A stretch of DNA of 45,308 nt, the filler included, from Sphacelaria rigidula (lineage: Eukaryota), in assembly GCA_964200075.2 (NCBI GenBank). It is 2 parts of 2 records of this genome, joined end to end, with 100 filler letters (N's around TTAATTAATTAA, not from the genome) between each part and the next. Parts side by side here need not be neighbours in the genome. Positions count along the whole stretch, not along the records: positions 22,707 to 45,308 come from CAXNAA020000326.1; 1 more part is not named here. One strand, 5' to 3'. How positions within the stretch are numbered: the stretch's first letter is position 1; each line of letters starts with the position of its first letter. Both the position numbers and the translations under genes were made by a program. A model generated the notes under the pieces. The model was not told the DNA's origin. It saw only the letters and a program-made list of their open reading frames with translations, and did not search any database. Below, piece by piece: positions 22,707-34,044 of the stretch.

Positions 22707-24923
22707 TGTTCCGAGCCTCTTCTTTGTTTTGTTTCTTGGGGGTGGGGGGGGGGGGGGGGGGGGTGCAAAGGTACCCCTGTACAATTTGTGCGTTGGACGA
22801 CCTCACGTAGGCGCCTTTGTCGCCGATTTTGGATGAAAACGCGTTCTGCACACCCTAGGAGCACTCGAGACATTCAGCCCCATCAGAGATTTAAATCTCT
22901 GTTTTGACACGAAAATTATGTTATGTACACCATGGGTCTGGGGCGACGGACTGGGATAAGCTCTACTGGACAAGCAGGCACCATCAACAAATCAATGTTT
23001 TTAAATTGTTACTTCTGTCTCATTTTTTGCTCATTTTTGTTTCCGGCCGTCTGTTGTTGCTGCAGGTCAGGCGGGATCTGTTGAACTATGATCAGCAGCA
23101 GCCGTACCAACATGCCGTATCCAACTTGGCAGTGGCTACGGAGAACCCCCGGTATGCATTACGTATTCATGTACCCCCTTTGAAAAGCTCTTTTGAGTAC
23201 ACGCAGACGAATGCCTGAGCCTAAGAAGTCGTTTTTTAGGTGAACGTTGTGTACAGTCAGCAGCAGTCACTCACACACACACACACGCAGCTACCTGGGC
23301 GAGCAAGGCTGACATCTTCTCTCGCGAAACTCTGTGCGTGCCTATCTACCCCCCCCACCATTTTTGCGACTAGTTTTTCCCCGCTGACGCTGGCTCACCT
23401 TGATTTTCTTCTCATCCATGGACCGATCGCGAAGCGATGGATATTTAAGCTCACGTGCGTCAATGAATTCCAGGATATATATATATATATTTATAGCTGC
23501 TCCTTCAAAAGTGAAGAACCCGAAATCTTAGCTTGGCCGTGGTCCAAGCGTTAACGTCAACCCCTTGACCCCGTCAGGGAGGTTCACACGGGTCTTCCCG
23601 TCGTTCTTCAAGTGAAAATAACGCCGATTTAAGAGATGAAGCAATTCGAGCTACAAGATTCCCTCGCTGTTGCCCATGTGAAATGGTGATGAACATTTCG
23701 ACAGATTATGTGGGAAAAATGCTTGCTCTCTCTCTGAGGACCTGGAGGATTGGATGCCCTACCCAAATAGTGGGATTCCCAGATATCTGAGTGGTCCCCT
23801 GCTTCCACGACATGATTTATTGCAAGGCCGGCCTCCTTACGTGGGGTCCTGACAGGAGCCCATCGTGTTTTTTATCGGGACCGCAATTGAAGCTCGGTCT
23901 TGCTTTTTATTGTTGCCGCACTGTGTTTCATCTTTTTTCCACCTTTTTCAGTTTAGGGATGTTATTAACGGGTCCATGCCCCCCTCCCGAATCTCCAAAC
24001 TTTTCGGGAAAAGCAAGGTTGTGCGAAAACGGTCAGAGCAGATTTCTTGATTAGTTCCGCCAATAAATCGATTCAAGAGTCACTACTACGGAGTGTTCCG
24101 GAAATATTGCGTCGGAGTCTTCTCAGCAATTTTATTTCTGGGAGAAATCGAAAAAACAAAATCAATTCTGCGCAACGAGTAAAACCTGGAAAACTTGTCC
24201 CGCTAATTTGAATATTTTACTCTGTTTCCTGCTTTCCTTCTTTTTTGCTTCAATTTCTTTCTTTTGCTTTTGTTTTTGCTTTTCTATATTTTTCTCGCTT
24301 TTTCTCTAATTTCCTTCATTTTATCGATCGCTTCCGTTCGTGTCGCAGTAGGCTAACGTGCATGTGTCCATCTTATGACTTGAACCACGGCTGGAATCGG
24401 AGCGGACTCGTTTACTTTTACGTTCATGTTAAATGTTAAATGTTGAGTGTTGAATGTTAAATGGTAATGGTAATGTTAATGTTTATGTTGATGTGCGACG
24501 ATCGATCAAATCAGTCGATCAATAGGGAGTGGTGGCGGACATTCACATGCTTGTCGAAGGGTAGGGAAGCAGTTTTGTACAACCCCAACGGCTCTCCGAT
24601 GTTACTGCCATTATCTATGAGTGGTGGGTTTGTTTACCCGTCGCTGTTGTTGCGGTTGCGGTGTGCGGTGTACGTGTTACTCAAGTTTTGGCCATACATG
24701 CATAACATGAATCATCACTGGGGTCATTCTCTTTTTACATGGATGACTCGTGTCTTTCCCCTTTTTCTGCAATAATTACAGTAACATAATTGAACTTCGG
24801 CGTGTTTTGTTCCTGCAGTTCTACAAGTCAGGTCCCCTAAGCTACTTCGACGAAGGGGCTTTCCCCCATTTATAGGCAGGCTGGCTAGCTGATCCGGTCC
24901 CAAAAAGAGATATCTCTCGACCA

Positions 24924-25935
24924 TTAACCCTCTTGGGACCAGGCCTCTAGAACGACTGATGAGGTTGCACTTTCATGACGTGTCTGGCGTCTGCACGAAA
25001 CATTGTCGTGTTGCTGAAAATCCGCGTATGTAACCGCAGGCTTATGAAGAAGACCGAAAGTTTCATCCAATCTATTTTCAGGTGCAGGACACGCATTAGG
25101 TGGTGTACATCTGATGTAGCAAGCAGTATGGGTCGTGGTAGAGGGCTTCCAACAGGATGCGGCGACGGCGGGCCGCTTGCCACTTGTGGCTTTGGATGAC
25201 TCTTTTGTCCAACACCTTGCGACAAGGCCCTTTGTGATCGGGGTGGGCCGTGATTTCCCTCTTTGTTGCAAGCGACAAATTCTCTTGGAAGGAAATGGGC
25301 ATTGCGGCGCACATAGAGTACAGTGCAGTACAGTACAATAGTGTAGTACGCCTCTCCAACTGAAGCAGCAGCTGCCGCTGCATACTCCCTTGCACGTTCT
25401 GGGCAATTCCAGCTTCCGAAATCAGCTGCCTATATACAGCTTTGTCATCCCCGTCGGCTACAAACATGTGGACTGCACACTGCAAGTAATCGGCAGAGGG
25501 ATACGCAGAATTCATCACAGCCCACCTGGATTTTGATGCCTCGTGAAAATGACTACATGGTGGCATGTACACCCCTTCCGGGGTTTCCCCGGTCCACCCT
25601 GTGATGGTGTAAATTACTACGTTTCAGTATAGAATTGGGACCCATAAAACACTCCGGAAAAACTCGGGAACGGTATACTGAGTGCAAGTAATACCATAGA
25701 ACCAAGCTGCGACCACCCTGCACTTGGAAACCCGGGGAGGCTTATCTAGGCCGGCCCCACACGATCTTTGCAGTGGCATCACATCCGACAACAATCCCCG
25801 CGCTGGTCGTTCGGGTCTGGTCGATGAATTCCGCCTCCCTGTGATTGGGTAGGTCGCTCGAAGACTTATTTTTTATTATTCCACTAACACAGGGTCAACC
25901 TTGTGTTAGTGGGGGTCCGGTCCCAAAAGAGTTAA
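24924..25935. mobile_element. Non-autonomous piggyBac-like element (about 1 kb), TTAA TSD
   Basis: ttaa|ccctcttgggaccag at 24924 and ccggtcccaaaagag|ttaa ending at 25935 (reverse complement ttaa|ctcttttgggaccgg); no transposase recognised inside. Confidence 0.6.
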
Positions 25936-26745
25936 GGGGTGATGTGCGGCACTGCACTACCGAACTCTGCTCGCGCACTGTTTGTTCTCTTTTCTCGCAA
26001 CACCGGATGTGCCATCATGTACTACCACAAGGCATTATCATATGTACTGTACTGATGAAGTGTCCTACACTACATCGCCCTAGGGTATCAAGGTACTACA
26101 CTGTACTCGGAGGATTGTTTACCGCCTGCATGCTCTTCGGCTTTATGTACGAGTACGCAGTACCACACTCATGCAAAAAATGACCCTCTGTGTACAGAAC
26201 CGTTTCACAAATCTATGATACTGTACCGCCTGTACCATAAAACGCCCCTCCCGATTTCGAGATCACGAATTTGAGTCCCCCCGAGTTTTTCAGAATCGGG
26301 GTCCCAAAAAATTGATATTCGTTTGCCATAAGAGTGAGTCTTGCACGCTTGACTAAATGTATGCCGGAAGGTGTCGAGAATTTTTGCTCCGCCGGATCGC
26401 GAGGTAAGAGTTGCATAGTCTTTGACTAAAATATTTTTTTTCTGTTTCCTGTTTCGAAGAATTATATCTCGAGGATTTGAAAGATTGGACATGTGCACTT
26501 GATGATGCGCACGCCGTACTGCAAGATGGGCGTGAAATAAACCTCACCTGAGGGGCTTGATTTCGCACTACGTTGCAAAGTTAAATGCTTGTCTAAACCG
26601 ATACTCGGTGTGCACTGCGTTGCTTGCACCATTGGAAGGCGCAAAACGTGGGAGTCTGCGTTTTCAAATTTCTAAGTATGGATATTACTCTATTTTCGCG
26701 ACAGCTTGGTTTTGAATCTTGGTACACTGATCGGGATCTTTGAGC

Positions 26746-27025
26746 TGTAGAGTAGTCCACCTCCAGTACACGTACGTGCAGGTTCATGATGATCTACAAG
26801 TGGAACAATCTGTTGTAGGCGTTTTCTATGGGTTGACGGACTTGCGGGTCTAATCGGCAGACTATGTGGATTTGAACATCACATGCTTCACGCCTGTGGT
26901 TACTTCCGATAACGAAGGCTGTGTCTTTATGAATAACAACTGTCTTGAAGTCTCCAGGCCCTAGTAAGGGAGGAAGCCCTTGGAGCAATCTTGTGACCTT
27001 GTTCTGCGTCCAGGAGGGCTCTATA
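26746..27025 (+). repeat. 5' LTR
   Basis: TGTAGAG...CTCTATA; identical to 28818-29097 except one base (gagggctc/gagagctc). Confidence 0.9.
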
Positions 27026-27197
27026 ATAAACGTTTATTAAGAGGAACCCGCCGGTTTCTGGAAGAGGTTTTTCAGCTGTGGGCAGCTGCGCAGAAATTAT
27101 ATCAGATTTTGTACAGAGGAGTGTGCACTCTGTAAAGTGAGGGAGCTCGCTGACAACGAAGAGACGGCGAGGTTGGCTGGAACTGTCGCGTGCAGCT

Positions 27198-28706
27198 ATG
27201 GCAACGCGCAAGAAAGTGGGTGATGGCGATGCAGGCGAAGAGGTGAAGTTTAAGTTTACTGAGCTTATGCCTGCAGGATCGCTGAAAGCCCCAGAGTACG
27301 GACGGCATATTAGCGAAAATGCGTCCCGACGTTTTTACCAGAAATATGTCGAGTATGAAGAGGCGGTCAAAATGAACAACAAAGGGCGTAGTATGCAGGC
27401 CGACTTACTGACTGTTACTGAACTAGTGCCGAAGCACATCCGTGCGTGTTTGTCACGCACGAGTTTTGACGGATCCGTGCTAGGCGAAGATGATCTCAAG
27501 GAGGCACTAGGCCGACACGCGTAATGTTGGGAGGATGAAGAAATTGATCCTTCAGTCGCTGCAGCTGGTGTGCGGAAAGCGTTCGCGGCCCGCAACGAGC
27601 AAACTGCAATGGGAAGAGTAGAAGGGCAGTGGGGTGCCCTGAAGGAATTTTTTGCGGAGAATGCTAGCGCTGAGCGTGCGTTCCGCGATGATGCAGATTT
27701 CAAACCAGGATCTGCTCAAATCATAACACGTGAAATGTTGAATGGACTAACCCCCCCCCCCCCCGAATTCAAAACTTAAGTCCTCAACATGTTGAACATG
27801 AAGGGGAGGTGGAAGGAGGACCCTGGGCTTGTGTTTAACACGGCTCGGGAAGCAGCGGAGGCATGGCAGACGGTGGAAGCGGCGGATAAGCAGCGCCGTC
27901 AGCAGCCGCAGCTGAAACAAAGGAGTGGCAGCAGGACTTCCGGAAGCAAGCGCCAACCAAATGGTGGGAAAACGGCGAGCAGTGGAAATGGGACTGTCAG
28001 GTCCGGGAAAACCCGCAAACCAGGCTCAAACTATGCAGAATGTTTAATATGTGGAGACAAGGGCCATTTCCGGAAGGAATGCAGGCAGCAAGGCCAGGCT
28101 GCTGCTACACAACGTCGTGACAGTGGGTAGACAAAGGCTGGCGACAAGCAGCAACAACAATAGCAGCTGTCGCAGGGCCCAGGACAGGTGCCTCGCGGAG
28201 GGGGCACGAGTTCCGCCCCTACAAGGGCTGTCTTTTCAGCCGATGGACAAAGTGCTCCCAGCGGAGGGGCGACGTTGCCACAAGAACCGGCCGCTTCTAC
28301 TGGTGGCGTGCAGCAGACCATCTCCTCGCACTCGTTCCCAGGTTCGAAATCTGCGGCGGTGCCAGCATGGAGATCGCTCAAAGCGGGTGAAGTGTCAGGT
28401 TTTCAATCTGAGGGTCTGCAAGTATATCACAAGGAAAGGTGGTGCCTTGCGGACTTGTCTGTCCCGAGTGCAGGGGCAAAGGGTGTTTGTCCGGTCACGG
28501 CAATTTTAGATTCAGGATCTGGACTTACGACCATGTCAGCTGGTGTGGAGGCGAAATTGCAAGCCATGGTTCCAGATGTCCAAGTGGTGAGACCGATGGC
28601 TGGTGACCAGTTGGTGAAATTGGCAAATGGCAACGTTGAGCTTGAGACATTGTCTTTGAGTGTCGATGTTCAAGGTTGTTCGCGTTATTGTTTTTGTGGA
28701 ACATGA
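27198..28706 (+). pseudogene. gag: gag-protease polyprotein pseudogene (one frame, four in-frame stops, pol deleted after about 28640)
   Basis: ORFs 27198, 27570, 27789 and 28188 are all in the same frame; CCHC knuckle CLICGDKGHFRKEC at 28041-28082; retropepsin motif AILDSGSGLTTMS (D at 28509); stops at 27522, 27777, 28128, 28161. Confidence 0.85.
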
Positions 28707-28817
28707 AAGTACAAGGTCGTGTGTCACTACCGGGGGGACAAAGGTAGCATACGTGATAGTTGGAGTCTACTGTTTTGTCAAACTCGCCTCCTACTTCGAG
28801 TAGTGCGGAGTTTTGGC

Positions 28818-29097
28818 TGTAGAGTAGTCCACCTCCAGTACACGTACGTGCAGGTTCATGATGATCTACAAGTGGAACAATCTGTTGTAGGCGTTTTCTA
28901 TGGGTTGACGGACTTGCGGGTCTAATCGGCAGACTATGTGGATTTGAACATCACATGCTTCACGCCTGTGGTTACTTCCGATAACGAAGGCTGTGTCTTT
29001 ATGAATAACAACTGTCTTGAAGTCTCCAGGCCCTAGTAAGGGAGGAAGCCCTTGGAGCAATCTTGTGACCTTGTTCTGCGTCCAGGAGAGCTCTATA
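28818..29097 (+). repeat. 3' LTR
   Basis: Direct repeat of 26746-27025. Confidence 0.9.
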
Positions 29098-29167
29098 TAG
29101 CGTAAGAATTTGAATGAGGTTCGAACAGAGGATTTCGGAGAAACTTTTCGAAAGGAGGGGCGCACTC

Positions 29168-29760
29168 ATTATCATCATCATCATCATCATCATCATGATT
29201 ATTATTTTTTTATTTTTTTATTTTTTATTTTTTTTATTTTTTTTTATTTTTTTATTTTTTTACTATTACTATTACTATTACTATTACTATTACTATTACT
29301 ATTACTATTACTATTACTATTAATTTTACTATTATTATTACTATTATTATTACTATTACTATTACTATTACTATTACTATTATTATTACTATTATTACTA
29401 TTACTATTATTACCATTATTATTATTTCTATTATTACTATTACTATTATTACTATTATTATTACTATCATTATTAATATTACTATTATTGTTATTACTAT
29501 TACTATTACTATTACTATCACTATTACTATTACTATTATTATTACTATTACTATTATTACCATTATTATTTCTATTATTAATATTACTATTATTGTTATT
29601 ACTATTACTATTATTATTATTACTGTTATTACCATTATTATTGTTATTATTACTATTATTACTATTATTATTATTGCTGTTGTTGTTGTTGTTGTTGTGG
29701 TTGTTGTTGTTATGATTGTTATTATTGTTATTATTGTTATTTTATTATTTCCGCCCATTA
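29168..29760. repeat. Compound microsatellite (CAT)n / T-rich / (TATTAC)n / (TAT)n / (GTT)n
   Basis: Seen directly; produces the spurious poly-Leu and poly-Ile ORFs. Confidence 0.95.
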
Positions 29761-31716
29761 TTAGTCAGATCTCGCGAACCCGTGGTCACAGACGTAGGCT
29801 CGCCTTTCCAATACCATTTCCTGCTATTTTTTACAAGACACATTACAAAAAAATAAAAAATAAGAAGAGAGACGCCACGAATAGCGGTGAGAAGTAGCTC
29901 CCCCGAGTTCACCATGATACTGGTATGTAGTGTCTGTGAGGGCAGGCAGGTGCGATTTTTCCCCGTAAGTGCCTGTTTGGTGACGTGTGTAGTTTGGAAA
30001 GATATCTCTGCTCACATGATGAGTTGTTATCGTCCGGACTGGTTTCCTGTAAACCTACAACTGAAATGTCAGTGCAAGCGGGGTATTCGAGTGAACAGCC
30101 TTTTCAGTATAATCGACAGTACTGATCAACCCTTGTGCAGCAGTACTTGTCTTTCCGGGTTTTGACACTTACATGCGTCGCGGCCAAGGGGTTGAGAGAA
30201 GCAAGGGTTGGTCCAGGCAATACCAAGAAGAAGAAAAACAACAATAACAACAACAAGAAGGAGAAGAAGAAATAGCGCAGAGACGCAGAACTGTATACAC
30301 CTCGAGTGCACCATGTTATGCAGGTGGTGAAATGTTCTGCCCTTTCTTGGGGTAAACGAACATGTTGATCTTGGGCGCTTGAGCTGCCGTCATGACATTG
30401 TTCACGCGGTATGTGGAATATAGGGCGTGGACCAGAACCGGTTATCATGCGCTTTTCCCTTTTTTCCCGGCAGAAAATGAAGAAGCCGCTGGAAAGGTTC
30501 CAAAATCATTTCTACTTGGAACAGGCATGAAAACACGATACACTGCAAGCTGACCGATATTCACAGCTTTTACTACGTGGCAACCTTATTTCTCTGCTCC
30601 CGCTTACTACGAGCACAATTTGCTTGCTGCATCTCGGCCTCCAGCCATAGACCCTGTTACACATGCAATCGTGTCTCACGCGAATGGTTGCTACTCTGTT
30701 CACCACACTCCCGAACCCTGATTGACTCGTTTTTATATATTTAGCTGAAGTGAACGGTGATAATTAGCAGTGCTGGCTTCGTAAGGTTGGCATCTTTGTA
30801 TTTCCACGATAAGATCCTCTATCTACAGTGTCGGGTGCTTCAAATCAACGTCGATCTCCTATGTCGATTCCTGACGTTGCTCATGCGATCTTGACGAGAA
30901 TTATCTCGTCCGATTCTTCCGCAACCAGTCTGAGTACACATCGATTCTCTTCGAACCCCTCCTGTATTTTGATCGCTATTTCAACGTCCAGGGTCTTCGT
31001 CGACGTGTACATCAGTCATTCACTACCTGCCCTCGGTAAACCCGTTTATATGGCTATTCTTGATGTCGGTAAGTGCACCCGTAGATGTGCCTCTGAGTGT
31101 ACTCGCCCGTGTTACAAGCATACACGGGCAACTGGCCGCTGGTACACGCTACCCGCGTTTAGAGTCATTCAAAGCCATGCGTACAGCATGAATCGGATTG
31201 TGATCGCGCGTGTTTGTTGCCATTATTTATAACCCGCCCATATCCTGGGACATGTATTTTGCAACCTGGTTCACGCTGTACACGTGCTGTTAAACCTACC
31301 GATATCCTGGGGACGCTCCGATATTCGGACAACGTGTACTAGCGGCAACTCGCATAGGCTGGCTTAGGGTAAAATCTGCACGTTCATCACCTCTGAGGCA
31401 GGAGTGGCACAAGCGCATGCGCTGCCGAGACCCTCGACGTTCCCCCCAAACCTCTTGTATACTGATACTCCCTAGCCGTTTTGATTAGTTTGGACTTACC
31501 ATCCTTGTGTCAAGAACAGCGAGGGTGCTATGAGTGACGAGGTCAGCGACACGAGATTCTACCAAGTATATATCGCTACGTCGGCTACGTTCAAGTATGA
31601 TGCCGCCATAGCTCCCCCCCAAACCAGCCCCAAAACTGTCACGGAAACAAACGTGGCCACACAGCGCATGATAGCCGGTTTCAGGCTTTACCAAGCCCCT
31701 CATATGGGCGACGTTC

Positions 31717-32142
31717 AACACGAGATCGTACAAATTGGGGATGGGAAACCCGGAGAATACAAATCTTCGTATCCACACCAAATCTTCGAGATATGGTTCC
31801 ATTTCTTCACCTACTGATAGCTACTGACAACTGCTACACGCGATAGAAATTGGGATTTCGATCACCGAAATGTTGGGGTCCTAGGTGAAAAAACATTGTC
31901 GGAACCATATTGGCGTCCGCTCGGACACTCGGAATTCCCCACAATTGGTTTTTCCCCTAGGACCCCAACATTTCGGCGATCGAAATCCAAATTTCTATGG
32001 CGTGTAGCAGTTGTCAGTAGCTATCAGTAGGTGAAGAAATGGAACGATATTCTAAAGATTTGGTGTGGATACGAAAATTTTAACTCTCCGGGTTTCTCAT
32101 CCCCAATAAAAGATCCATCCCCAATTTATAAAATCCCGTGTT
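31717..32142. mobile_element. Fold-back element F, copy 1 (about 180-200-bp arms)
   Basis: Left arm ...atccacaccaaatctt...ttcttcacctactgatagctactgacaactgctacacg...aatgttggggtcctagg is complementary to right arm cctaggaccccaacatt...cgtgtagcagttgtcagtagctatcagtaggtgaagaa...aagatttggtgtggat. Confidence 0.9.
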
Positions 32143-32301
32143 ATTCGCGGGAAACATCCCAAGCATGGGAGTTGCCAGCTGCTCAGTTTGCTCGGCTTTC
32201 GTCATTTTGGTTTACATGCAGAAGTGTACCTCCTCAAACCGACCATTTTCTGGGGGGGGCATCGCGTCATCACTCTCAACGCATTCACTAAACAACGGTG
32301 T

Positions 32302-32747
32302 AAACACGGGATCTTACAAATTGGGGATGGATCTTTTATTGGGGATGAGAAACCCGGAAAATGCAACTCTTCGTATCCACACCAAATCTTCGAAATATGG
32401 TTCCATTTCTTCACCTACTGTCAGCTATTAACAACTGCTACACGCCATAGAAATTGGGATTTCGATCACCGAAATGTTGGGGTCCTAGGTGAAAAACCAT
32501 TTTCGGAACCATTTTGGCGTCCGTTCGAACACCCGGAATTCCCCAAAGTTGGTTTCTCACCTAGGACCCCATCATTTCAGTGATCGAAATCCAAATTTAT
32601 ATGGCGTGTAGCAGTTGTCAGTAGCTATCAGTAGGTGAAGAAATGGAACTATATTCCGAAGGTTTGGTGCGGATACGAAAATTTTAACTCTCCGGGTTTC
32701 TCATCCCCAATAAAAGATCCATCCCCAATTTGTAAGAACCCGTGTTT
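32302..32747. mobile_element. Fold-back element F, copy 2 (about 200-bp arms)
   Basis: aaacacgggatcttacaaattggggatgg...ccatccccaatttgtaagaacccgtgttt; direct paralogue of 31717-32142 including the loop. Confidence 0.9.
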
Positions 32748-33969
32748 GTATCGGAAATGCGCCACAGTCCGTGGGAAGCGCAGTTCACAGGACACACAGC
32801 GATCGAACGGTGTAAAGCAACACCAAATCCTTGAGTGAGTTTGAGCATCCAAACGACTCGACCACGTTGCTTGTTCACAGGGAGCGGCACGCGCAAGGTA
32901 CTTGGTGGCACGTGTGCCAAACCTTCCCGAGAGGCTGTGGAGTAGGTGGGAGTGTTGAGGATGATCAAGGCCCTATCTGCAAGGTCAATACTTTTGAGAG
33001 AGCCAGCTCTGTGAAATTACGTACCTAAGTTTGGATGACTGCATTGAGACTCTCAAGACATGCACAAGATTGGCACTTTCACGTGTGCTGCATCAATGCC
33101 AATGCCAAGAATTCGTTTTAGCAAGAATGCGGTACCGCGCCAGCGGGATCGGTACGCCTAAAAAGGTCTGGACACCCTGAGTATCCGTTGGTTTGATAGC
33201 TAAGAGTGAATGCTTAAGTGATTCACAATTGGACAATTTGAGTAGCTATAAATCCCATAAGCGCATCTCAACTGGCTGTGTGTAGCAACGGGGTTTCATC
33301 GACTGAAATGAAACCATTGCGCGAAAATGCTGATCGGCATACTTGACCCAGGTATCCGCACCCGATTCCTCCGGAGAACAACTCGTACGGCGCGTACACA
33401 ACATAGTCATACCGCATGTGCTGAAACACCCCGCGATGAGCCAGCCAAGTGTAGGCCCCCACTCCCTCCCCCCTCCAACCCCCTTCGTTTAGAATTCTGA
33501 ATGAGGGGTCAACGCGAGTGGCAATCCGAACCGGAAACAAAGCCACAGTCTCGTTCCCCACCACCCACTCCGGAAACCTGCGGTTTCAAACGAAAGGTAC
33601 TTCAAGATGTTTTCGTTTAACAATAAACACACCGGCCTCCTGCAGGTGGTGCTACACTTCGACGTATAGCTATAAACCGGATGTTGAAGCGAATACGACG
33701 ATAAAAAAGCTTCCACCTGCCACTCAGGTAAAAATAAGACGATATGATGGTTCTCGCTACGGTGCTAACTTGTGCTAAGGGCAGGCGTAACCGTCCGTAT
33801 TCATCGCTCTCCGCGGCATAAACAGGTTACGCTCCCCATTGCTTTCTCGCCGTCCAGGGTCCAAGCTGGCTTCTCCTTCAATCAAAATGCCGTAGAAGTC
33901 AGCGGCGCGCTGGGCCCGCACGGTGTGCTCCGCAGGGTAACAAGGCAAATCCAAATAGCGACAAATTTT

Positions 33970-34044
33970 TCAGGATCGTATGTCTTCCGGCAAGTCCTCT
34001 ATCTTCAACGTTTCCAGGTCGTAATAGAATTGAATCGCGTCCAC
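33970..34044 (-). CDS. Mpr1/SPT10-like GNAT N-acetyltransferase, terminal exon (VDAIQFYYDLETLKIEDLPEDIRS*)
   Basis: Acceptor ...tactttacgcgcgcgcag|GTG; phase 0 matches the donor at 41530; the join gives GNLKGIDGL-VDAIQFYYDL, a plausible C-terminal strand for this family; TGA at 33972-33970. Confidence 0.85.
   Translation of the reverse strand: MDAIQFYYDLETLKIEDLPEDIRS

Larger units (their letters stand above)
26746..29097 (+). mobile_element. Non-autonomous LTR retroelement (gag + protease only, TR-GAG-like)
   Basis: Two 280-bp direct repeats flank a gag-like/aspartic-protease reading frame; imperfect 4-bp TSD gagc/tagc; no RT, RNase H or integrase. Confidence 0.85.

Noticed and set aside
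27198-28706. Alternative genetic code (TAR = Gln) as the explanation for the gag stops
   Set aside because: The EsV-1-7 gene ends at TAA and no internal TAR occurs in the intact coding exons; mutation is simpler
26243-29162. Possible TIR pair (cgcccctcc...tttcga) enclosing the LTR element
   Set aside because: Match too short and gapped; no TSD
29110-29758. 201-aa poly-Leu and 168-aa poly-Ile/Val ORFs
   Set aside because: Translations of a stop-free microsatellite
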